Assembly (NCBI GenBank): GCA_030428105.1
Contig: JAUIBE010000005.1
Location: forward strand, 6,476 to 70,475
From: Gammaproteobacteria bacterium
GTDB taxonomy: Bacteria > Pseudomonadota > Gammaproteobacteria > Xanthomonadales > SZUA-36
Direction of reading: 5' to 3'
DNA length: 64,000 bases
In this document: positions 17,652 through 28,008 of the stretch, one piece after another
How positions within the stretch are numbered: position 1 is the first letter of the stretch
Layout of the letters: the number at the start of each line of letters is the position of its first letter
Made by a program: the position numbers and the translations under genes
Notes under the pieces: generated by a model
Database searches by the model: none
The model's input: only the letters and a program-made list of their open reading frames with translations
Told to the model about the DNA's origin: nothing

Positions 17652-19775
17652 ATGTATTTCATGATGAAAGGGAACATGGTGCGACGGGCGTTTCTGGTTT
17701 TGGCCGGGGTAATGCTGGCCGCCGCCGAAACAGGGTTCGCCGCCACCATCACGGTTAACGCCCCAGACTCCGATGGATTCACCATTGCCGATGATGGCCA
17801 GTGCACGCTGACCGAGGCGATCACCTCTGCCAACTCCAACACGGCTTCCGGCGCGAGTGCTGGCGAGTGTGCGGCGGGTGATTTCGAACCCACGGTGGAT
17901 ACGATTGAGTTCGCACCATCGGTTTCTCCAGGGGTCATTCATACGTTGAGTACGCTGGTGGTCATCAGTTCGGTGGAAATTCTGGGGCCGGGTCGCCAGT
18001 TACTGACGCTGACCAATATCGCGGAGAACCGGCTGTTCGATGTGACCTCCGGTGTGGCGGGAGTCAGCTTCACGATTCGGGACCTTACCCTGGCCAGCAA
18101 CCGGGTCACCGGAGAGGGCAGCGCTATCCAGGCCGCCCTGGGCAGTGGTACGGAGTTGAATGTCAGCCGCGTCCACTTTCTGGGCAACAGCGCTGACCGT
18201 GGGGGCGGCGCCATGGCCGTTTATGGCACGTCGAATACGCCACCTGCGGAAATCCTGATCGTCAACTCGGTATTCGAGGACAACTTCGTCAACGATGACG
18301 AGGCCAGTGACCAGGAGACCGGTGGCGGAGCCATTTTTGTCGGGGCCGGCATCAATGTTACGGTGCGAAACAGCACTTTCGTGGGCAACCGGGCAGAAAA
18401 CCTCAGCAGGCCGGAACCGCAGGAAGACCTCTCCGGTGGCGCCATCCTGATCCGTTCCGCTGATCCTTTTTTTACCAACGTAGTGATTGATTCGTCGACT
18501 TTTCATTCGAACATTGCCTATGGTCCCGGCGGCGCCGTTGCGGTTGGAGGTTTTGGCTTTCCCGATGAAGACTCCACTGTGGAGATCCGTCACTCCACCT
18601 TCACCGCCAATATCGCGGATTTCAACGCCAACCAGAGCGGGGCGACGATCCATGGTGGCGGGGGTATCTGGTCCGGAAGCAGTGTTGCCACCACGCTCAG
18701 GAACACCGTGGTCGCGCTCAACGAAGACCGCGCGGTTTCGTTTGAGAATGATATTTCGGGCGCGGTCATTTCGTCCGGCTTCAACTTGATTTCTGACGCG
18801 TTGGGCCACGGTGGCACCTTTCCCGCGGGCCAACCCAATGCCAATGACGACTGGGTGGGCTTGTTCCCCGTCATTCTTGATCCCGAGCTGGATGTTTTGG
18901 CAGACAACGGCGGCCCGACATCCACTTCCATGCCCATGGCTACCAGTCTGCTGATTGACCACGGCAAATGCATCGCCAAATCCATCGATCAACGCGGATT
19001 CCATGACCCGGTGGCCATGACCCGCGCGGTTGACGACCCGTCGGTCGCAGACAGCGATGATGGTTGTGATATCGGTGCGGTGGAACGGGGCGCGGAGATT
19101 GCAAACAGCCCGCCGGTGGCCAACGACGATGACTATTTCCTGCTGGAAGGCGACGCGGTCGTGTTTGGTGTTTCCCTTGGCGTGTTGTCGAATGACGTCG
19201 ATGACGACCCGCTGGTGGTCGTTGACGCGGGAAGCCGACCGCTCGACAACGGCAGTGGATTGAGCGGCGAACTCGAGCTAGCCATTGATGGCAGTTTTGC
19301 CTTTACCCCGGATGACCCCGACATGAACGGTGCGGTCAGCTTCCAATACGACGTGACGGACCAGCGCACCCAGGTGACGGGCGAGGCCACCATCCACCTG
19401 GCTCCTGTGAATGACGCGCCCAGCTTCACCGCGACCCTGCTTAACCTGCAGTTGGCGCCGGGAACGGTGTTCAGCGAAAGCGGCTGGGCCAGTGATATTT
19501 CCCCTGGCCCGGCCAATGAGTCGGACCAGCTGTTGCAGTTCGTGATTTCCGGCAGCCCGCCGCCGAACTTTTTCACCGTTCCGCCCAGTGTCAATGCCAC
19601 CACCGGCGACCTCTCGTTCACGCTCCACAGCCAGGCCAGCGGCACCGCGGAGTTGCAGATCCGCTTGCAGGATTCTGGTGGCACCAGCAGTGGCGGGGTC
19701 AACCTGTCGCCGCCGGTCAGCCTGACGATTGAGTCGCTCAACGCAGACGTGCTGTTTTCCGATGGCTTCGAGTAG
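17652..19775 (+). CDS. secreted CSLREA-domain / right-handed beta-helix repeat protein with tandem cadherin/Ig-like domains
   Basis: Signal peptide (MVRRAFLVLAGVMLAAAETGFA). ...DDGQCTLTEAITSANSNTASGASAGECAAGDF...TIEF is the C-S-L-R-E-A motif region. Repeated NxxFxxN / 'SxFxxN' beta-helix rungs are present. C-terminal ...PPVANDDDYFLLEGDAVVFGVSLGVLSNDVDDDPLVV... and ...APVNDAPSF... resemble VCBS/cadherin-like repeats. Confidence 0.7.
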   Translation: MYFMMKGNMVRRAFLVLAGVMLAAAETGFAATITVNAPDSDGFTIADDGQCTLTEAITSANSNTASGASAGECAAGDFEPTVDTIEFAPSVSPGVIHTLSTLVVISSVEILGPGRQLLTLTNIAENRLFDVTSGVAGVSFTIRDLTLASNRVTGEGSAIQAALGSGTELNVSRVHFLGNSADRGGGAMAVYGTSNTPPAEILIVNSVFEDNFVNDDEASDQETGGGAIFVGAGINVTVRNSTFVGNRAENLSRPEPQEDLSGGAILIRSADPFFTNVVIDSSTFHSNIAYGPGGAVAVGGFGFPDEDSTVEIRHSTFTANIADFNANQSGATIHGGGGIWSGSSVATTLRNTVVALNEDRAVSFENDISGAVISSGFNLISDALGHGGTFPAGQPNANDDWVGLFPVILDPELDVLADNGGPTSTSMPMATSLLIDHGKCIAKSIDQRGFHDPVAMTRAVDDPSVADSDDGCDIGAVERGAEIANSPPVANDDDYFLLEGDAVVFGVSLGVLSNDVDDDPLVVVDAGSRPLDNGSGLSGELELAIDGSFAFTPDDPDMNGAVSFQYDVTDQRTQVTGEATIHLAPVNDAPSFTATLLNLQLAPGTVFSESGWASDISPGPANESDQLLQFVISGSPPPNFFTVPPSVNATTGDLSFTLHSQASGTAELQIRLQDSGGTSSGGVNLSPPVSLTIESLNADVLFSDGFE

Positions 19776-19907
19776 CCCATCGTCGCCAAGGTGGTGCAAT
19801 AGCGTTGTGCATCGCCGTGCTTGAACCTAAGATGACTGCTTCGGTATGCCGCTTGTTATGGCGCAGTGGCAGCCACCACACGCGCTTGGGTTTATCACTG
19901 GCATTCG

Positions 19908-22319
19908 ATGCAGTATCGCTTCAAAAAATTCCTGCTGGATACCGACGAAAAGACGCTGTCTTGGTCTGGCCAGCCGGTCACGCTGACCGCGAAAACCTAC
20001 GAAATTCTCCAGCTCCTGGTTCAGCACCAGGGCGAACTGGTTGGCCGCGAGGAGTTGATCCAGCAAGTCTGGAAAGGCCGCATCGTCACCGACAACACCC
20101 TGGACCAAAATCTTTATCGCTTGCGCAAAGCGCTTGATTCGCTTGAGCCTGGCAAGTACATCGAGGCGGTTTACGGGCAGGGCCTGCGTTTTTTACCCGT
20201 AGTAGAGGAGGGGGCGCCACCTGCCGAAAATGCGCCAAAGCTTGCGTCCTCGGCCGTGCGAACCATGAGGTTCGCTGTGGCCGGCCTGGCCCTGCTTGGG
20301 TTGCTGTCGCTGCTGTGGTGGACACTCCACGTGGAAGACAGCGGGCAGCCAGGCACTCCACAACCATCGGCGGATAACCTCGAATGGAAAGCGCCTGCGG
20401 CTTTGGCGCCTGGAGAAGCAACAGCCCAGCAGCCGCCTGTATCCCTCGCGGCATATCGTTTCTACCTGGGCGACTTGCTCAGCGAACTGCTTTCGGGCAG
20501 TGCCTACCAGGTGGAGGACCTGCCTTCGGCAAGCAGCAGCAATGCGCCAAGCCAGGAGTTTGTCCTGTCCATCTCGGCGGCCGACGAGGACGCAGCACGG
20601 GATGGGGTGGAAATCCGCTTCCAGGCGCCTGAAGGCGATGCGGGCTTGCGCGCCACGTTGGTCTCGGTGCGCGGCGATGTCCGGCAGGCACCGACTGCGT
20701 ATTCAAACTCGCAGGCGCTGCCTTTGTTTACCCAGGTCATGCAGGCGCTGGAAGAGGCATTACAGCTGGAAGCGCGCCAGGAGCGCGTTGCCGTCTACCT
20801 GCCCGGTACCGAAGCTGTGTTAACCGCTCACCTCGAGGCGACCGCAGCGCGCATGCGCGGCGAAGCGGCGCTGGCCAACCAGAATGCCCAATGGGCAACC
20901 GACTCGGAGCCGGACTTTCCGCTCGCCTGGTACGAGTTGGCGCTGTCATTCCGCGACCTCGGCGAACTGGAAAGCGCCCTCGCGGTGGTTGCGGCCGTGG
21001 CGCCCGATCGGTTTGTGTCCGCCAATCCGCGCTTTTCCTATCGATTGGGCTTGTTGCATGCCCAGTTACTGGAGCAGCTGGGGCGAATTGACGAGGCCGA
21101 GCAGCGCTACAACGCCATCTTTGACCGGGCAGCCAGCCAGGGCGACGAAGTGAAGCTGGCCTCGGTGCGCATTAGCCAGGCGATCATGTACCGCAAGGCA
21201 GGCGACTACCCACAGGCGCAATCCTACCTGGATGAAGCCAGGACCTGGCTCTCCATAGAGCAAGACCCCCGCCTGTTCGGCACCTGGGCCAACACGCAGG
21301 CGCGCCTGAGCAAAATCACCGGCGACAACCGCGTGGCCATGGAGCATGCCATCCTGGCCGCCGATGCCTTCAGGCAGGCGGGTCACGTGAAATACGAAAT
21401 GGCTTCCAGCAACCTGGCGGCCTCGCTGCTGTTGGCCCAGCGTGAGCACAGCGAGGCCGAGCGGCTGATCAAGTCCACCCTGTTTACCAACGAAAGCATC
21501 GGCAATGTGCGCGGCCAGTGCGACAACCTGTTCTTGCTGGCTGGGCTGTACCAGCACAGCGGCCGCCTGCAGCTGGCCCGGCAGCGCTGGGACGAAGTCA
21601 TTGCCTGTAAACAGGACCTGGGGCTGACGGGGCGTGAAGCCCTGGCCTACCTGGAAGCCATGCGATCCGCGATCGCCCAGAGAAAGCCGCGCGAAGCGAA
21701 CAACTATTTCCGCTTCCTGCAAACCCTTGTCCAGGAGCAGGGAGATGAGTCGCTGGCGCCTTACGCCAGGCAGGCGGAGGTGGAAATGGCCATCGCCCAG
21801 CAGGACCAGGCACTGCTGCAGGCATTGTTGGAATCGGAGGAAGCGTTTCCCGATGGCCGCACCGATTACTACCGCGGCGTGTTGGCCGAGTTATTTGAGA
21901 ACGAAGCCCTTGCCGAACAGTATTTTGTCGCCGGTCGGGAGCAACTTCCCGCTGGCGCCAGTTTTGACCTGCACCTGCTCTATCTCAATGGTCTGAACCG
22001 CATCTATGCCAGGACCAACCCCGAAAAGCTGCGGGAAAACCTGGCGCTGTGCCAGGCTTACAGGCCCTCGGCCTATCCGTTCATGAAATACCAGGCCCTG
22101 GTCGCGCTGCATGACGAGAATCCCACTCGTGCGCGACAGCTACTGGAGGCTATGAAACTCGAAGCGCCAGAGCAGTGGTGGCCGGAAGACGCGCAAATGC
22201 TGGATCGGGTGCGTCAAGCCACGGCTGCATACTGGTCGCTGAATCCAACACTGTTTCTCGCTGACTCAAATTCTGTTGATTCAGGCTTAGTGCCTGAGCT
22301 GCCCAAGGATAAATTGTGA
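19908..22319 (+). CDS. ToxR/CadC-like membrane-anchored transcriptional regulator (winged-helix OmpR-type DBD, TM, periplasmic TPR-like domain)
   Basis: N-terminal MQYRFKKFLLDTDEKTLSWSGQPVTLTAKTYEILQLLVQHQGELVGREELIQQVWKGRIVTDNTLDQNLYRLRKAL... is the trans_reg_C winged-helix domain. One TM follows (FAVAGLALLGLLSLLWW), then a ~600-aa periplasmic TPR-like domain. Its stop overlaps the next gene's start. Confidence 0.75.
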   Translation: MQYRFKKFLLDTDEKTLSWSGQPVTLTAKTYEILQLLVQHQGELVGREELIQQVWKGRIVTDNTLDQNLYRLRKALDSLEPGKYIEAVYGQGLRFLPVVEEGAPPAENAPKLASSAVRTMRFAVAGLALLGLLSLLWWTLHVEDSGQPGTPQPSADNLEWKAPAALAPGEATAQQPPVSLAAYRFYLGDLLSELLSGSAYQVEDLPSASSSNAPSQEFVLSISAADEDAARDGVEIRFQAPEGDAGLRATLVSVRGDVRQAPTAYSNSQALPLFTQVMQALEEALQLEARQERVAVYLPGTEAVLTAHLEATAARMRGEAALANQNAQWATDSEPDFPLAWYELALSFRDLGELESALAVVAAVAPDRFVSANPRFSYRLGLLHAQLLEQLGRIDEAEQRYNAIFDRAASQGDEVKLASVRISQAIMYRKAGDYPQAQSYLDEARTWLSIEQDPRLFGTWANTQARLSKITGDNRVAMEHAILAADAFRQAGHVKYEMASSNLAASLLLAQREHSEAERLIKSTLFTNESIGNVRGQCDNLFLLAGLYQHSGRLQLARQRWDEVIACKQDLGLTGREALAYLEAMRSAIAQRKPREANNYFRFLQTLVQEQGDESLAPYARQAEVEMAIAQQDQALLQALLESEEAFPDGRTDYYRGVLAELFENEALAEQYFVAGREQLPAGASFDLHLLYLNGLNRIYARTNPEKLRENLALCQAYRPSAYPFMKYQALVALHDENPTRARQLLEAMKLEAPEQWWPEDAQMLDRVRQATAAYWSLNPTLFLADSNSVDSGLVPELPKDKL

Positions 22320-24658
22320 AAAATCCCATGCGCTTATTGATTCTTTTTTCCGTGTTGTTTTCTGCAACTTCCCTGGTTCACGCCGAAGAAAAAGGCCTGC
22401 TGGAACTAGCAGCAGACTCGGAAACGGGGGCGGTTCTCCTGAGTCTGGAGTCCTTGCCGGCGGAGTTCTTATATGTGCCAGCGCTGCAATCTGGCGTTGG
22501 CTCGAATGACCTGGGGCTGGATCGCGGCCAGTTGGAAAGAACGCGCCTGGTTCGATTTGAACGCTATGGCAACAAGGTGTTATTGATCGAGCCCAATCTC
22601 GACTTCCGTGCCGATACCCGCAACGCGGCAGAAAAACGCGCCGTTTCAGAAGCCTTTGCGCAATCCGTGATTGCCGGCTTTGACATCACTAATCCGGGTG
22701 AAGACCAGGTGACCATTGACCTCACGCCGTTGCTGGTTTCCGATATAACCCGTATTTCTTCCCGGGTTGCAGAGCTGGAGCAGGGCAGCTTTGAAGTGGA
22801 CCCGGAACGGTCAGCCGTTGATATCGCTTCCATCAAGAACTTTCCGCAAAACACCCTGATTCCCGCGGTCATCACCTTCAAGGGCAGCGAACCTGGGCAG
22901 TTTATCCAGGACGTGACGCCCACTCCCGACTCACTGACCGTTCGCGTGACCCATCAATTCGTTGCATTACCGGATGATGGCTATGCGCCCCGTGCCTTCC
23001 ACCCCCGGTCCGGATACTTTGCCCTGCAATACAAGGACTACGCCGCTTCACTGGAATCAAGCATGGAGCGTCGCTTGATTTATCGCCATCGCCTGGCCGC
23101 TGGTGAAACACTGGTCTACTACGTGGATAACGGCACGCCGGAGCCGATTCGCAGCGCACTGCTCGAAGGTGCTTCCTGGTGGGCGGATGCTTTCGCTGCT
23201 GCCGGTTTTCCGGGCGCATTCAAGGTTGAAGTGTTGCCGGAGGGTGCAGATCCCCTGGATGTGCGGTACAACGTGATCCAGTGGGTACATCGGGCCACGC
23301 GGGGCTGGTCTTATGGTTTCAGTGTTTCCGACCCGCGCACCGGAGAAATCATTAAAGGTCACGTCAGCCTGGGTTCTCTACGAGTACGGCAAGACCAGAT
23401 GATTGCCGAGGCATTGACGGCTCCCTTCGAAGGTGAAGGGGAAGGCGTTACGGCTGCGCGTGAAATGGCCCTCGCCCGTCTGCGCCAGCTATCGGCGCAC
23501 GAAGTAGGGCACACCCTGGGCATTGATCATAATTTTGCAGCTTCATACTCGGGGGATGCTTCGGTCATGGATTATCCACATCCGAATTTCACCCTCGATG
23601 AGCAAGGCAATATTCGATTGGACCAGGCTTACGCAGTGGGTGTAAGCCCCTGGGATAAGCTCACCATTCGTTATGGTTACACGGTCTTCGAAGCAGCTTC
23701 GGAGCAGGCATCACTGGATGCCATCCTGGCCGAGGCCGCTGATCAGAAAATCGCCTTTATCACCGATCAGGATGCACGCGAACCTGGAAGCGCTCACCCG
23801 GCGGCAAATCTTTGGGACAACGGCACCGATGCCATTGTGCGCCTCGATGAATTGCTGGAGATTCGCCGCATCGCATTGCAGCAGTTTTCTGAAGCGGTAG
23901 TCCCCGTGGGCACCACTTTGTTCGAAATCGAACGACGTCTGGTTCCTGTGTACCTGTTGCACCGCTACCAGGTAGACGCAGTTGCCAAGTTGCTGGCAGG
24001 CCTGAACTACGATTACCGTTTCCGTGGTGACACGCCCTCGGCGGTCGAGCCTGTGGCTGTGTCCGTTCAGGAAGACGCTTTACAGCGCCTGCTTGGGCTG
24101 CTGCAGCCTTCAACGCTTGCCCTGCCTGATTCACTGCGTTACCTGATTCCGCCACCACCCTCTGAATACGCCAGGGACCGGGAGAGCTTTCCAGGCGGCA
24201 CCGGTAAGGCTTTCGATCACCTGGCGCCAGCACGTGCCGCAGTCGATCTCGTATTGCGTGAATTGCTTCAGCCCCAGCGACTGGCGCGCCTGGCAGAACA
24301 AAACGCACTCGATCCATCCCAGCCCAGTCCTGCGGACCTGATGTCCGGCCTGATGGATGCGAGTTGGCAGGCCAAGTCTAGTTCTGATGCCTATCTTGCT
24401 GCGATCCAGGCAGAGGTTGACTGGTTGGTGTTGCGTCACTTGATGGCATTGGCCAGCAACATGGAAGCGACCGATAGCACCCGCGCGCTGGGGCTGTCGC
24501 AGTTGATCCTGTTGAGCAGAAGTCTTGAGCCCCGGTCGAAAAAAGGCGATCGACAAGCTATTGCAGCCTTGCAGGAGATACGCCTGTTTCTTGCGCGGCA
24601 ACCGGCCGAAGCTGCGCCTATGCCAAATCCAGCACCACCAGGAAGCCCCATTGGCTGA
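22316..24658 (+). CDS. secreted zinc metalloprotease (HExxH; DUF4953/DUF5117-type)
   Basis: Signal peptide MRLLILFSVLFSATSLVHA. HEVGHTLGIDHNF is the zincin motif, with a downstream ...SVMDYP... that is reprolysin/DUF4953-like. Translationally coupled (GTGA) to the upstream regulator. Confidence 0.75.
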   Translation: MKNPMRLLILFSVLFSATSLVHAEEKGLLELAADSETGAVLLSLESLPAEFLYVPALQSGVGSNDLGLDRGQLERTRLVRFERYGNKVLLIEPNLDFRADTRNAAEKRAVSEAFAQSVIAGFDITNPGEDQVTIDLTPLLVSDITRISSRVAELEQGSFEVDPERSAVDIASIKNFPQNTLIPAVITFKGSEPGQFIQDVTPTPDSLTVRVTHQFVALPDDGYAPRAFHPRSGYFALQYKDYAASLESSMERRLIYRHRLAAGETLVYYVDNGTPEPIRSALLEGASWWADAFAAAGFPGAFKVEVLPEGADPLDVRYNVIQWVHRATRGWSYGFSVSDPRTGEIIKGHVSLGSLRVRQDQMIAEALTAPFEGEGEGVTAAREMALARLRQLSAHEVGHTLGIDHNFAASYSGDASVMDYPHPNFTLDEQGNIRLDQAYAVGVSPWDKLTIRYGYTVFEAASEQASLDAILAEAADQKIAFITDQDAREPGSAHPAANLWDNGTDAIVRLDELLEIRRIALQQFSEAVVPVGTTLFEIERRLVPVYLLHRYQVDAVAKLLAGLNYDYRFRGDTPSAVEPVAVSVQEDALQRLLGLLQPSTLALPDSLRYLIPPPPSEYARDRESFPGGTGKAFDHLAPARAAVDLVLRELLQPQRLARLAEQNALDPSQPSPADLMSGLMDASWQAKSSSDAYLAAIQAEVDWLVLRHLMALASNMEATDSTRALGLSQLILLSRSLEPRSKKGDRQAIAALQEIRLFLARQPAEAAPMPNPAPPGSPIG

Positions 24659-24673
24659 TTTCAAGGCAAGGGG

Positions 24674-25882
24674 TCATTCTTTTTGGTTTGCTGGTGCGGG
24701 AACTTCGCCGAGTTCTTCGATGGTCACGCGGCCCTCACGCAACAGGATGGCGGCATCCTGCTTCTCCTTGATTTCCACCAGGTAATCGAGGATTTCAGGC
24801 GAGACATTTGAGAGTGGTTCGCCCTTGGCAACCACGCTGGAGTAAGCCACCGAGAAGTTGGTTGGCGTGGCCTTGCCGCCGGCCGAGTACTGCACATTTT
24901 CCACTGAATCGATCATCGCCGCCTGGCTGGTGGCAAAGCTGCCGCCCATGTCGCGCATGGTGCCGTGCACATCAACGATGTTCCAGTCATCAATATCGGG
25001 CTTGAGTGTGCTGGCCGCTTGCAAGGCCGCGCGCTCGTCGCCCTCGATAAAACGCATCAGGTGCTGTTTCAGGTCGGTATCGAAATTCGGAAAGTAATGC
25101 GCGTTGCGCTGGTACAGGCTCGAGACCTCGAATGTGTCGTTCTGCGCATGGGTGCCGCGGTTCGAGTTGATGAACTCCTCGGCATTGTCCTGCAGCTGTT
25201 GGTAGACCTTGTCGCCGGTATACGCCGACCGGCGAATGTTTGGGCTGCCGATATAGCCCTGGTGCAGTCCGTACAGGATGACTGGGTCGTTGTTGTAGTT
25301 GGCGGCCAGGATGGTGTGCTGGATATCGTTCAGGCTGAGATCAATGCCTGACACGTTGAGGATTTTCGGTTCCAGGATCGATTTTTTGCCGATGATCTCT
25401 TTCTTGAGGTTGCGCTCCGGATAGAGCTGCACCAGTTCGTCCAGCACCGTGATGTTGTACAGGTTCAGCCAATAGGCCAGCTGCTCGTCACGGTTGAAGT
25501 GTTCCAGCGGCATGCGGCCCGGAATCGCTTCCAGCGCCAGGCGCACCTGGCGCAGGGCCTGGCGGAAATTCTCATTGTCCTCGAACTCCTCGAACCAGAA
25601 GCGATTGGCCTCGGTTGCGGTCTGGCGGTTGACCTGGGTTTTCATCCGGGTGCCCACGGTGGCCTGGATTTCTGGCGCTTTCTCGCGCGACGAGCGGCCC
25701 ACGTCCACCACCATGACCTTGAGCACGGTGTTCACGTCTTCGTACTGGATGGTGAATTTCGAGTCGGGGTTGTGTCCGCGAAATGGCTCCGGCACCGTCT
25801 CGGCGGCAGCCATCACATCGGTAGCGGCCATACCTGCGGCCAGGGCGAATGGCAGCCCCACAAAGATTCTGACCCTATTCAT
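24674..25882 (-). CDS. secreted DUF547 domain protein
   Basis: ...EQLAYWLNLYNITVLDELV... is the DUF547 signature. Signal peptide MNRVRIFVGLPFALAAGMAATDVMAAA. Confidence 0.65.
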   Translation of the reverse strand: MNRVRIFVGLPFALAAGMAATDVMAAAETVPEPFRGHNPDSKFTIQYEDVNTVLKVMVVDVGRSSREKAPEIQATVGTRMKTQVNRQTATEANRFWFEEFEDNENFRQALRQVRLALEAIPGRMPLEHFNRDEQLAYWLNLYNITVLDELVQLYPERNLKKEIIGKKSILEPKILNVSGIDLSLNDIQHTILAANYNNDPVILYGLHQGYIGSPNIRRSAYTGDKVYQQLQDNAEEFINSNRGTHAQNDTFEVSSLYQRNAHYFPNFDTDLKQHLMRFIEGDERAALQAASTLKPDIDDWNIVDVHGTMRDMGGSFATSQAAMIDSVENVQYSAGGKATPTNFSVAYSSVVAKGEPLSNVSPEILDYLVEIKEKQDAAILLREGRVTIEELGEVPAPANQKE

Positions 25883-26109
25883 GTTTGAAGCGCCTCCTCG
25901 AAAGTTGGTTGCGACGAGCCGTACATCCCCAGTTGACCCCAACTACAGGATAAATATGACAAAAAACACGTTACCCCTGAAGTTTAGCCACGGGTCCGGG
26001 GGACAGTCTTGATCGATTGCCGCATCTTTGTGTTGTGACATTAGAATCGCAACGACCGGCGGAATTTGCCCTATAGTGGTATGAGGGAGAACAATAAGAG
26101 TTACGCACC

Positions 26110-28008
26110 TTGGTAATTCCAGGTATCGCGAAGAGAAGCCGAATCGTTGCATCAGTGCTCGCGGCGCTGGTGTATCTGGTGTTCGCAATGTTTCCCCACG
26201 TCGCGCAAGCCCGCTTTGAACTGATCAAGGAGTGGGTGCTGGCTGAGTCCCTTGAAAACGGTAGCCTCAGCGCGCCATTTCCGGGCTGGCAGCTCGCGGA
26301 TGGGATGGTTTATCTGTGGGACGACAACGGTCCTTCGCCGTACCGTCTGTGGCGCCTGGAGGGCACAACGCTGACCCCGGTTACCGGGTTCAATTTCGAC
26401 TTCGACCGCTTTGTTCCCAACGCGATTTTCAGCCAGGGTGACCGGGTGGTGCTTTCCGGTACGTTTGACGGTGTACAGGGGCACTGGAGCATTGTCGGCG
26501 ACGACGTGATTTCCATGGAGCCGCTGCTGGGTCCGGTCCCGTTTTACGCGCCGTATCTGTGGACGCCAACCGATGCGGGTGTGGTGATTTCTGCCCGCAC
26601 CGACGAGCATGGCCGCGAGCTATGGTTGATGAGCGAAGACGGCTATCAACTGATCGCGGATCTTAACCCCGGCGCTGCCGACAGCCATCCAGGAAGTGCA
26701 GGTTGGGATGCCGTGCCCATCTATGACTGGCATGCAGCATTCACAGGGGCGCAGGGCCCGCAGTCTCGGCTCATGTTTTCCCTTGATGATGGCTCAAGCG
26801 GCTCCGAGCCATGGGTTTTTGATGCGGCAGACCAATCACTGACCCAGGTCGGCGACCTGGTGGCGGGCGAAGAGGCATCGCACCCCTGGTGGCTGGGCTC
26901 GGTGGGTGAGACCCAGTACTTTGGCATCATCGATCGCCAGATCTTTCGCTCGGATGAAACCACTGCGATCAGCATAGATGACCGGGTCGGGTTGTTTTCT
27001 TACGGCAGCCCTTCCAGCCAGCATAACTTCGTGCTCGATGGCGCGCTGCACGCATGGTGGGGCCCCCACGCCTTTGACTCCTATGGCTACATCACCCGCA
27101 TCAACCCGGATGACTCGATCGAGTTTTTCCGCGCGCGGCGATTTCCGGCGTCACCCACACTTGAATTGGATTCCGTATTCCCTTTCGACGGCGCTGCGCA
27201 GATTGTTTCCGGCTCCACTTTCCTGAAACTGCAAGGCTCCGAGTTGGTCGAGTCTGACTTGTTCACTGGCAAGGCGGGGCGGCCCGGGGTTATTACCTGG
27301 TCGGAAAGCGAAGTGCTGTTCGAGGAAGAGGCATCCGGTGTGTTCCAGGGCGATGTTTACTGCCTGGTCAACGACCAGTCGGTTGCCATGTGGCGCAAAC
27401 CACAGGATATCCCCTACGCCGGGCATTCGGTGGTGCGCCGCGGAGGCTGGGTCTATCTCCGCACAAGCGACCCCGCGGCTATTGAGGGCGAAGCAGGTGG
27501 CCGGGCACAGTTGTGGGGCATGCCCTTTCCCGGCGGTTGCCAGCAAGCATGGCCGGAAGAATTTCACATCAACGCCAGCCTGAATGACGCCTGGTACAGC
27601 CCGGACACCCCGGGGCAGGGGTTTTTCATCACCGTGTTCGAGGAACAGGGCACCGTCTTCGCGGCGTGGTTTACCTACGACGCCGAGCGCCCGCCCGCAA
27701 ATGTCCAGGCCATCCTGGCTGAACCGGGCCACCGCTGGCTGACGGCCTACGGACCCTACCAGGGTGCCCAGGCCGACCTGGAACTGGAGAAAACATCGGG
27801 CGGAATCTTCAATTCGGCCCAGCCGGAAGTGAGCCAGGTATTCGCGGGGATCCTCAACATCCGATTTACCGGCTGCAACAGCGCGGTGGTTGAATTCCTG
27901 ATCACCGACACCGACCCGCCCCAATCCATACCCGCCGGGTCGATCGAAATAGAACGAATTGCGCCTGACAACGTGGCTGCCTGCGAGCAGGCCATCGCCC
28001 GCCAGTAG
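26110..28008 (+). CDS. secreted ELWxxDGT-repeat protein with a C-terminal 'WFTYD' module
   Basis: TTG start with signal peptide (KRSRIVASVLAALVYLVFAMFPHVAQA). Repeats include ...GRELWLMSEDGYQLIADLNPGAADSHPGS... and ...YRLWRLEGTTLTPV..., ELWxxDGT-like. C-terminal ...DAWYSPDTPGQGFFITVFEEQGTVFAAWFTYD... recurs in the protein at 37855-39876. Confidence 0.6.
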   Translation: MVIPGIAKRSRIVASVLAALVYLVFAMFPHVAQARFELIKEWVLAESLENGSLSAPFPGWQLADGMVYLWDDNGPSPYRLWRLEGTTLTPVTGFNFDFDRFVPNAIFSQGDRVVLSGTFDGVQGHWSIVGDDVISMEPLLGPVPFYAPYLWTPTDAGVVISARTDEHGRELWLMSEDGYQLIADLNPGAADSHPGSAGWDAVPIYDWHAAFTGAQGPQSRLMFSLDDGSSGSEPWVFDAADQSLTQVGDLVAGEEASHPWWLGSVGETQYFGIIDRQIFRSDETTAISIDDRVGLFSYGSPSSQHNFVLDGALHAWWGPHAFDSYGYITRINPDDSIEFFRARRFPASPTLELDSVFPFDGAAQIVSGSTFLKLQGSELVESDLFTGKAGRPGVITWSESEVLFEEEASGVFQGDVYCLVNDQSVAMWRKPQDIPYAGHSVVRRGGWVYLRTSDPAAIEGEAGGRAQLWGMPFPGGCQQAWPEEFHINASLNDAWYSPDTPGQGFFITVFEEQGTVFAAWFTYDAERPPANVQAILAEPGHRWLTAYGPYQGAQADLELEKTSGGIFNSAQPEVSQVFAGILNIRFTGCNSAVVEFLITDTDPPQSIPAGSIEIERIAPDNVAACEQAIARQ

